In this document: positions 17,030 to 29,016 of the stretch, piece by piece
Layout: every line of letters begins with the position of its first letter
How positions within the stretch are numbered: the first letter of the stretch is position 1
Assembly (NCBI RefSeq): GCF_009914755.1
Contig: NC_060930.1
Direction: 5' to 3' (one strand)
DNA from: the human T2T-CHM13v2.0 reference genome, Homo sapiens
DNA: 64,000 bases
Program-made: the position numbers and the translations under genes
Notes under the pieces: generated by a model
Seen by the model: the letters and a program-made list of their open reading frames with translations, nothing else
Told to the model about the DNA's origin: nothing
Database searches by the model: none

Positions 17030-17047
17030 ATCTGAGTCACGGCACCA
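17030..17047 (-). other. Primer-binding site, tRNA-His
   Basis: TGGTGCCGTGACTCAGAT just after the 5' LTR; one mismatch to the His PBS TGGTGCCGTGACTCGGAT. Confidence 0.93.
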
Positions 17048-17049
17048 AA

Positions 17050-17463
17050 TTTCATGTGCGTCCGTGTGAAGAGACCACCAAACAGGCTTTGTGTGAGCAA
17101 CATGGCTGTTTATTTCACCTGGGTGCAGGCGGGCTGAGTCCGAAAAGAGAGTCAGCGAAGGGAGATAGGGGTGGGGCCGTTTTATAGGATTTGGGTAGGT
17201 AAAGGAAAATTACAGTCAAAGGGGGGGTTGTTCTCTGGTGGGCAGAGTGGGGGTCACAAGGTGCTCAGTAGGGGAGCTTTTGAGCCAGGATGAGCCAGGA
17301 GAAGGAATTTCACAAGACAATGTCCTCAGTTAAGGCAGAAACAGGCCATTTTCACTTCTTTTGTGGTGGAATGTCATCAGTTAAGGCAGGAACCGGCCAT
17401 CTGGATGTGTACATGCAGGTCACAGGGGATATGATGGCTTAGCTTGGGCTCAGAGGCCTGACA
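17050..17463 (-). promoter_or_regulatory. 5' LTR7 of HERV-H
   Basis: Begins TGTCAGGCCTCTGAGCCCAAGC on -, ends CATGAAA; TATAAAA at 17180-17186; AATAAA at 17109-17114. Confidence 0.95.
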
Positions 17464-18839
17464 CCTTTCACCTAAGATGGGCCTTGCCACATAGGGGTAG
17501 GAGAACAGGGATTTTTAGAGAACACCTTTGTCAGAAAAGGTCCTATTGAGGGGCTGGCTGATTGAAGAGTATACCAAGTCCTGTGGCCATTTGCCTGGTG
17601 GCTTTCAGGGAGGAAAGAGAATAATGTGTTCTCGGGTACATTCTCAGTACTGTGTAAAAAGGCACTAGCACAGACTAGGCACTTCTTTGTTAAAAAAAAG
17701 TTTGTAGAAACAGAATATTGCAGTGTTGACCAGGCTGATCTCAAACTCCTGACTTCAAGTAGTCCTCCTACCTCTGCCTCCTAAAGTGCTGAAATTACAG
17801 GCATGAATCACCATACCTGGCCAGAATTTCTTTTCTAATAACAAATCTTTGAGTAGAGGTAATAGCACCTACTTTTGTTGATGTAAAACTTAGTCCTAGA
17901 GAGCTCAGGGAGCCTTCTGAGGGTTACACCACTAGTGAGAGCTGGACCTGGCATTTAGGGCTAGGTGGCTTGCCTGAGCCTGCAAATTTTTGCTGTTGTC
18001 CCCCACATGCCACCAGTTCAGGCTTGCTGGTGAGAGGTGAAGCCAGCTTGACTTTCTGGGTCCAGTGGGGACTTGGAGAACTTTTCTGTCTAGCCTAGAG
18101 GATTGTAAATGCATCAGTCAGTGCTCTGTGTCTAGCTAAAGGATTGTAAATGCTCCAATCAGCACTCTGTAAAAATAGCACCAAGCAGCGCTGTGTCTAG
18201 CTAAAGCAGCACTGTGTCTAGCTAAAGCAGCGCTGTGTCTAGCTAAACGCACCAATCAGCACTCTGTAAAAACACACCACTCCGCACTCTGTTAAATGGA
18301 CCAATCAGCAGGATGTGGGCGGGGCCAAATAAGGGAATAAAAGCTGGCTGCTGGAGCCAGCCCGGATAACCCACTCCGGAACTCTTCCACGCCATGGAGG
18401 TTTTCTTCGTTCGCTTGCTGCTGCTCGCTCTTTGGGTCCACGCGACGCTTACGAGCTGTAACACTTACTGCAAAGATGTGCAGTTTCACTCCTGAAGTCA
18501 GTGAGACCACGAAGCCACCCGCCGGGAGAAAGGAACAATTGTGGATGTGCAACCTTTAAGAGCTGTAACACTCACCGTGAAGGTCTGTGGCTTCACTGCT
18601 GAAGTCAGTGAGACCACGAACCCAGTGGGAGGAATGAACAACTCCCGACGGGCTACCTTTAAGAGCTGTAACACTTGCCATCTTTAAGAGCTGTAACACT
18701 CGCTGCGAAGAATGAAGAACGCCGCGCGCACCACCTTTAAGAGCTGTAACACTCACTGCGAAGGTCTGAGGCTTCATTCCTGAAGTCAGTGTAGACCATG
18801 AACCCACGAGGAGGAACGAACAACTCTGGGTGCGCCACC

Positions 18840-19068
18840 TTTAAGAGCTGTAACACTCACTGTGAAAAAGGTGGCACGTCGGACGTGCCACCTTTAAGAG
18901 CTGTAACACTCACTGTGAAAAAGGTGGCACGTCGGACGTGCCACCTTTAAGAGCTGTAACACTCACTGTGAAAAAGGTGGCACGTCGGACGTGCCACCTT
19001 TAAGAGCTGTAACACTTCCTGTGGAAAAGGTGGCACGTCCGACGTGCCACCTTTAAGAGCTGTAACAC
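18840..19068. repeat. 53-bp tandem array, each unit with a perfect 29-bp palindrome
   Basis: aaaggtggcacgtc-G/C-gacgtgccaccttt at 18867, 18920, 18973 and 19026. Confidence 0.95.
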
Positions 19069-19352
19069 GGCTGGGCGCGGTGGCTCACGCCTGTAATCCT
19101 GGCACTTTGGGAGGCCGAGATGGGTGGATCACCAGGTCAGGAGATCATAACCATCCTGGCTAACACGGTGAAACCCCATCTCTACTAAAAGTACAAAAAA
19201 AAGAAAAAATTAGCCGGGCGCAGTGGCGGGCGCCTGTAGTCCCAGCTACTCGGGAGGCTGAGGCAGGAGAATTGCATGAACCTGGGAGGGGGAGCTTGAC
19301 GGCACTCCGGCCTAGGTGAGAGCGAGACTCCGTCTCAAAAAACAAACAAAAA
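19069..19352 (+). mobile_element. AluY-like element in LTR12 (copy 1, ~20-bp internal deletion)
   Basis: Alu dimer flanked by TSD aagagctgtaacac. Confidence 0.92.
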
Positions 19353-19625
19353 AAGAGCTGTAACACTCACTGTGAAGGTCGTGGCTTCACTCCTGAAGTC
19401 AGCGAGACCACGAACCGTCCGGGAGGAACGAACAACTCCGGACGTGCCACCTTTAAGAGCTGTAACACTCACTGCAAAGGTCTGCGGCTTCACTCCTGAA
19501 GTCGGCGTAGACCATGAACCCACGAGGAGGAACGAACAACTCTGGGTGCGCCACCTTTAAGAGCTGTAACACTCCCTGCGAAAAAGGTGGCACGTCGGAC
19601 GTGCCACCTTTAAGAGCTGTAACAT

Positions 19626-20023
<398 letters not shown>

Positions 20024-20864
20024 TTAAGAGCTGTAACACTCACTGCAAAGGTCTGCGGCTTCACTCCTGAAGTCAGCAAGACCATGAACCCACCAGAAGG
20101 AAGAAACTCCGGACACATCTGAACATCTGAAGGAACAAACTCCGGACACGCCATCTTTTAAGAATTGTAACACTCACCGCAGCCGAAGGTCTGTGGCTCC
20201 AGCGAGACCAAGAACCCACCGGAAGGAACCAATTCCAGACATACTGGGACTTGGAGGTCCCTGTGTTGGCTCTGGGAGATGCTTTTGTGCTGGTGGCTCT
20301 TTCTGATCTGGTCTGGAGGAAATAGGTGCCTGAGATCTAATGTGTTCAGATTAGATAGAGGCCAAGCTCTATTCCCCTGGGGCAATGCCGTGTCAGCTGC
20401 TGCGGGCAGATCTCCGGGAGCCATGGGCTGGATCTCCAGGGCGGGACCCTGACATTTCCATGCATGACTGATGGCTCATTGGCCTGCCCACATTCTTTCT
20501 CAAGGTTCTGAGCCACACAGATGTTTCCGCTGTACGCCTCTTCACAGAGAGGCGGACACATTGAATGTTCCTTGAAAGCTTGGGGCAGGTCTGGGGCCTC
20601 ACCATTCAAGTGTCCCTCCCCTGAGGTACAAGGGGTGTGTATGGCTGAGAGCACCTCTCAGGCCGTGTTCCCTGGATTTTCTGTATTCACCCACTTTCTG
20701 GAACCATGGCTGAAAGCTACGAAGGTGATGTTCTCTCTGAAGAGTCACATAATAAACTCAGTTTAACATGGCTGTTGCCTGGATAGCAACTATTTTTCCA
20801 TGGGCAGGTAGTGGGACATTTTCCACGTGCTTGGGAACAGTCACTGGGGTTGATACTCCTCTTT

Positions 20865-21122
20865 TTTGTTGTTGTTGAGATGGACTCTCACTCTGTTGCC
20901 CAGGCTGGAGTGTGGTGGCACGATCTTGGCTAACTGCAGTCTCCGCCTCCCAGGTTCAAGTGATTCTCCTGAGTAGCACACCTGGTTAATTTTTGTATCT
21001 TTAGTAGAGACGAGGTTTTGCCATATTGGCCAGGCTGGTCTCGAACTCCTGACCTCAGGTGATAACACCTGTCTCAGCCTCCCAAAGTGTTGGGATTACA
21101 GGCGTGAGCCACCGCGCCTGCC
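20865..21122 (-). mobile_element. Alu with internal deletion
   Basis: Antisense Alu consensus. Confidence 0.88.
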
Positions 21123-21264
21123 GATATTTCTCTTTTTATGTTAGGGGTTGGCACATCACAGCCTGTGGGCCAAATCTAGCCGCCTGCTGCCTGTTTGCCA
21201 ACCCTTGCCTTTTATCATCCTATGGAAAGGATTTTTCTTGCAAGAGGACCCCAGAAAAACCAGT

Positions 21265-21645
21265 AAAAAGTGGTTACTGTTTAATGGGTACAGAATTTCA
21301 GTTTGAGATGATTAAAAAGTTCCAGAGATGGATAATGGTGATGGTTGTACAACAGTGTGAATGTACTCAATGCCACTGAACTGTACACCTAAAAACTTAT
21401 TTACTAACAAATTTTATATTACATAAATTTAAAATAAATATGAATTATTTTAAATTAAAAATTTTAAATAAATTTAAATTTTTTATTTATTTTTAGGTGT
21501 ACAGTTCAGTGGCACTAAGTCCCTTCACGAAAAAAATAAAAATTATTTAAAAAACAAAAATTTTATTTCTGTTTTCTATGTGTAAAATTTACACCTAGTA
21601 AATTTTATGTGTATTTGACCACAATTACAAAAAAACTAAAAAGAA
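21265..21645 (+). mobile_element. L1MB-like 3' end with an internal inverted duplication
   Basis: gtttaatgggtacaga...aatgccactgaactgtacac; resumes gtaaattttatgtgtatttgaccacaat. Confidence 0.72.
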
Positions 21646-21982
21646 TGGGTAAAGGAGCAATATACAGAAAGTACTCTTAAATGGAGGGACTAACATTTAT
21701 AAAGCACCACCAAGAGCTGGGCCCTGTGCTAAGAATTTGAGAGAACTTTCTTTGTAAACCTTTTAAGGACTAAAAGTGGGTACATCCACCCCCATTTTAT
21801 AGCAGGATAAATGGAGACTCTGGTTGAAGTGATTTGCTCAAAAGTACCCAGTAATGAGGGAGGTCTAGCATTCAACCCCAGATCTTTCCGAACTTATTTT
21901 GCCATAGATGTTGAGGCCTAAAGGAAAGCTGGAAAAATTGGGGCAAAGCAGTTTTTGTTTTTATTTTTGCCCAGAGACCTTT

Positions 21983-22661
<679 letters not shown>

Positions 22662-23681
22662 ACTTTTTAAAAAATGGTACAAAAGTACTTGAAGTCTTGG
22701 CTTGGCCACTTTTTATGTCTTTTCCATGACCTTCAACCTCTCCTTGACACAGAATTGTTGCCTTCCAGAGCATGGGGGAGCCCAAAACATGCTTGGCTTC
22801 CCTAGGAAGAGGGGTTGCCTATCAGAAACCTCCATCTGCCTGCCTCAGTGCTCTGGACAAGGGTTCATTGCTTCCATGTTGTCATGGCTGCCCAAGAAAT
22901 GAACCTGCATGAACTGCCTGGGTGACTGAGCCTGCTGTGCTGCTACGCACAGTCCCATTCTGACAGTCCTGTATCCGCTCCACACCCAAGGTGCTTCATG
23001 ACAAGATAAAGTAGACTCCTCACTTAATCACCCTGACCAGCTGCTTCCTGGCCCCTGTTATCACACCCCATTCCCAGAGGCTGCTCGAGGGCACACCGGG
23101 GACTTCACTAAAGCCTGACCACACTCCTGTCATATTCTCATTTCTGATTTGGTCTTTTCCTCTTTTCCCTTATTTTGCCCTTCTTGATTTCAAACTTGAA
23201 TTGACAGCTTTTTGTTCCTGCCAATGGAAACTCCCCCGTCCTCCTGGAAGCATTCTTGCTGTGCTGTCCCTCATGGTTGAGGCATTTCATAATCACTTTG
23301 GGTTTTTCCAGACAGTAGCAGTGACCACATTTGGACCATGGACAGATTCAGCAGCCACACAGGTAGCTGATGGGATGGAGAGACATTTGCACAAGCTTCT
23401 GGGTTACTAAAGCGGCGTCAGCCTTCTTGATGTTTTTAAGCTGACTTTGGCCAGTTGAGGTGGCTCATACCTGTAATCCCAGCACTTTGGGAGGCAGAGG
23501 TGGGGGGATTACTTGAGGCCAGGAGTTAGAGACCAGCCTGGGCAACATAGCAAGGCCCTATCTCTGCTTTAAAAATAATTAAATAAGTAACTAGAACTTA
23601 CTTTGACTCTACCGGGTTGTACCTGGTACGTCTATGGTGAGCTGACTTGAATTAATCTATTTTATCTAAAGTAGCCCCTTA

Positions 23682-24107
<426 letters not shown>

Positions 24108-24471
24108 TTAGCAAGTCAGCCACTTGGGAAGAACTGGAGCTCGCGCCCTGCTTCTTAGGCTCCTGTTAGGTTCTCTGTCAGGGACAGAGCTCATGCTGTT
24201 CCTCGCACTACAAAAAACAAAACTACACACTCCTGCCCCCATTATAATTATAAAAGTAACACACTTTCTAGTATAAAATCTAGAAAAGATTAAAGAAGAA
24301 ACAAAAAAAAGTTTGATCATCTCTTCACCTAGACATCATCTGTTAGCATTTTGGTGTATTTTTTCATACACACATACACTTTTTTTAATAACAAAATTGA
24401 GATCTTTCTATTTCTCCCAACATTATACTGAAAGCATTTAAGCATTTTTCCCATGCTGTCAAACCACTCTT

Positions 24472-24781
24472 AGGCTGGGTGCGGTGCCTCACACCTGTAA
24501 TTGCAGCACTTTGGGAGGCCAAAGTGGGCAGATCACCTGAGGTCAGGAGTTTGAGACCAGCCTGGCCAACTTGGTGAAACCCCATCTCTACTAAAAATAC
24601 AAAAATTAGCCAGGCAGTGGGGGCGTGTGCCTGTAATACCAGCTACTAGGGAGGCTGAGGCAGGAGAATCACTTGAACCCTGGAGGCAGAGGTTGCAGTG
24701 AGATCATGCCACTGCACTCCAGTCTGGGTGACAGAGCAAGACTCCATCTCAAAAGCAAAACAAAACAAAAAACAAAAAAAA
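24472..24781 (+). mobile_element. AluS
   Basis: Alu consensus with (CAAAA)n tail; TSD aa(c)cactct. Confidence 0.9.
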
Positions 24782-24789
24782 CACTCTTA

Positions 24790-25630
24790 AAAACATCACA
24801 TGGATAGGTCATAAGTTGTTGGATCATTCCATTTTGGGGAATATATTTACAGTTCTGCACTGTTACAGATAATACATCTTTGTAGTTAAATGTTTGTCCA
24901 CACTTATGATTATTTCCTTGGCAGAGAATCTTAGAAGAATTATTGAATACAAGGAAGTGCATATTTCTTTTATATGGACAAACGGCTTTCTGGGAAAACT
25001 CACACTACAATAAATTTTCCCAAAAGAAATAGAGATTCCATCTGATGTTTTCTCTACAGTATTTACTGTTTACAACTATTGATAATTTGTTAAGTGAAAA
25101 GTAGTACCTCATTGGTACCTTAGTTTACATTTGGTTATTCAGGAGGTTGAACACTTTCCGTTTTTCTCAGCCACTTTTATTTCTTTCAATAGTGTGTTCC
25201 TGTCCTTTGGCACTTACTCTGTGAGGTATTAGCGTTTTTCTTATAGGTTTGTAAGAGCTCTTATTATGTTAAGGATAATAACACTTTGTCAAAATTGTAG
25301 ATATTTTTCTCTACCTGGGTATTTGTTGATTGTATGAATATCTGTGTTTATGTGTATGTCAGTTTTTTTTCTTTTTTCTTTTTTTTACATAGAGATGGGA
25401 TTTTGCCATGTTGCCCAAGCTCGTCTCAAACTCCTGGGCTCGAGCAATCCACTTACCTCAGCCTCCCAAGTGCTGTGGTTATAGGCGTGAGCCACTGCAC
25501 TTGGCCAGGTTTTTAGTTTTTATGTAGACAGCTCTGTCATTATGTTTTTTCACTTTTATGCTTATTGAAAGTATTCAAGGTTTCCTTCTGAATTTGGGGA
25601 GTATAACTTTAATTTTAATTCTTTAATCTA
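24790..25630 (-). mobile_element. Degenerate L1M fragment (with FLAM at ~25365-25508)
   Basis: T-rich antisense L1 ORF2-like motifs; boundaries approximate. Confidence 0.55.
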
Positions 25631-26355
25631 CCTCTAGTCCTCTTTCTGGGCCATCTGTGATTTTTCCATTGTCAGCTACTGTTTGGATTAAAGCTTTAAG
25701 CCCTCCTCATCACCTTTTCCCCACATCCTTTTATATGAAGTTAAAAGTCACTTTGTCTACGTTAAAAAAGAAAAATTCCCTCTGGGAAGCAATTCAGAGA
25801 GAAGACACTTGGACTTCAGTGCAAAAGACATGAGTGGAATGAGTAAGGATTCATTTTGCAAAATATGACTTTGCACAGTTGTGAAAACTCAGCCAGGGCA
25901 TCTTGCCAAGTATCCTATATACTGGCTGAAGAATCCACAGGGCAGTGAGTTGTAATAAAAAGGGCTATTTTTGCACTCCTACACTCCTGCAGTGAAAGAG
26001 CTTGTACTGTTTCCAAACCAGACACATCCTTCTGGTTGATAGATTCTGCCACTTCCTGGAGGCTTGTGTGTTCTTAGGCCAAAGCTTCATGTTCTGTAAA
26101 CTGAGCACGTGCTGATACTATGTGGTCCATGAGGGCTCATCTGCCCTTTCCTGTCTAGATGGGAATCCCAGCCCTAGAGAGTGGGGCACACTGCTATTTT
26201 CTTAACTGCGTTTTCTAATTCTGACTCTCTGGGGTTCCATAAAGATTCTTCAGGGGCTTTGCAAACTGTGAAACATTTTTTTGCCCAACACTAAAGATAT
26301 TAATTACCAAGAGTGTTTCATTGCTGACTTTTTGTATTTGGGGGTCCCTCTAAGA

Positions 26356-26658
26356 TTTTTTTTTTTTTTTTTTTTTTTGAGACAGAGTCTTGCTCTGTCG
26401 TCCAGGCTGGAGTACAGTGGTGCCATCTTGGCTCACTGCAGCCTCTGCCTCCCGGGTTCAAGTGATTGTCCTGCCTCAGCCTCCTGAGTAACTAGGACTA
26501 CAGGCATGCGCCACCAGGCCCAGCTAGTTTTTGTATTTTTAGTAGAGACAGGGTTTCACCATGTTGGCCAGGATGGTCTCAATCTCTTGACCTCATGATC
26601 TGCCTGCTTCGGGCTCCCAAAGTACTGAGATTACAGGCGTGAGCCACCAAGCCCAGCC
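26356..26658 (-). mobile_element. AluS
   Basis: TSD cctctaagatttt. Confidence 0.92.
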
Positions 26659-26959
26659 TCCTCTAAGATTTTTGTTGTTGTTGTTGATTGCTGAGATGTC
26701 TGAAAAGCCCTGACCTGGACTCTCTAAGATCTCTTCTAGTTCTTAAATCATATAATGCTGTATCTTCTCATGCCAACAGCTCACCCAAGGGGCCTTTCCC
26801 AAAAGTGGTCTCCAGGTATGAAATTCTGTGTTCCTTTTTTGTCCCCCAGCTGCCTGGTGGCTTTAGGACATGCACATCCTCGTGTTCAGGTGTGGGGTTC
26901 CTCACCTTTATACCAGCAATAGTAGTTCATGATCATCAGCTGTATTCTTTCTGTCTCAG

Positions 26960-27041
26960 GCAGGGAACGTGGTGACAGGAGAAATGGTAGAAGAGCTTAT
27001 TCTTTCCGGAGCAGATATCATCAAAGTGGGAGTTGGACCAG
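26960..27041 (+). CDS. GMPR: GMP reductase 1, exon 5 ([27 protein letters not shown])
   Basis: ctcag|GCA acceptor, CAG|gtaaga donor, 82 nt; AGNV and KVGVGPG family motifs. Confidence 0.97.
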
Positions 27042-28272
27042 GTAAGACTTGTTAGGAGCACAGCAGAGGACGTGTGTGGGGAAGAATGGGATCTGGGGCT
27101 TGCGGGGACTGCAGATCACTGGAGGGGATGCATGAATGACTCATTCACAGATATTTAAAGCATGCTTTTTCTGGAAGCATAATTGAGCTTCTCGGGGAAG
27201 CCCCTGATGAAAAGTATTGTTGAGCTGCTTTTTGATGCCCCCAGGGATTTTCTAAATTATGGTTAGAATATATGGATGTGGTCAGAATATGAGGGCTTGG
27301 TTTCAGAACCAATGTGGAAGAATGTAGATTTCACTAATGACCCCATACACCTTGCAGAGGAAGGCGATAGGTGAAGAATCCATAGAGACAGTTAATAAAC
27401 ATGAATGACTCCAGTTTATGTGAATGTTTGAGGGACCCCAAACATTGCAAATAAGCTTGCAGTGATGAGGCCACATTCAAACTTGACCCATGGCCTAGGT
27501 AATGATCACCTTTGGTTCCTCACCTGATACGTATTAGATGTAGATTTTGCCCATGTTCTTCTCCCAGGCATGCTTTCTTAGGACCACCCATTGGCATCTT
27601 AAGCAGAAGAACGAGGTAGAGCCTTCTGTCCTTGTCATGGGTGGCGCCATTTTCTCATGGGGCAGGGTTACTGTTCGCTTTCCTTCTTTGCCCTGCTTGA
27701 AGATGAGCTGCCATGTTTTAAATTCATCCGTGCACATCCAGTATTAACCAGACACTAAAATTGAGGAGCAAGAAAGAATATACACATTTTCACTTGGGAC
27801 TGAAAAACAGCAAAGATTTTTCAAAAGAATCTCATACCCAAATGACACTACCAAAAAAGGAAGCAAACCTAAACCAATATGAGAGGAATCTGTGGGAAAA
27901 CGCACAGCTGGGAGGCGCAGGAGACGCTGTTGAGCTGTGACTTGGCTCCGTGATCAGCCTGAGGGAATTGGATGTGTATGAAGAGAATATTAGGAAGAAG
28001 AACCCTGTAGATTCGTAAAAATACCCAAGCTTTTAACATACAGGGAGATTTTCAAGGTTAAGTTTTTCATATTGCCACTCATTTAAGCCAGTTAATAATG
28101 TATTCTGAGCAAATGGGAAGAGGTCTTTACTGAGTATCTACCATTATTGAAAAGGCAAAGAAAGGATAAGGCCTCGTTCTTCCTTTCCAGGCTGCCTCCT
28201 CTTAGGGCAGGCTGTAATAGACAGACTGATAATAGAACAAAATAGGCTAATAGATTAGGAAGACTCTTTTTA

Positions 28273-29016
<744 letters not shown>

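Larger units (their letters stand above)
11622..17463 (-). mobile_element. HERV-H provirus (~5.84 kb, common deleted form), antisense in GMPR intron 4
   Basis: Two ~97%-identical LTRs, 5-bp TSD CCTTT (11617-11621, 17464-17468), tRNA-His PBS, PPT at ~12040-12054, gag/pol remnants. Confidence 0.97.

Noticed and set aside
12040-17049. Coding-competent HERV-H (gag/pol/env)
   Set aside because: Only short interrupted fragments; the internal region of ~5 kb is too short; no env ORF seen.
18840-19068. CRISPR-like look (palindromic repeats at a fixed period)
   Set aside because: Spacers are near-identical LTR12 U5 sequence rather than unique; no cas genes; human intron.
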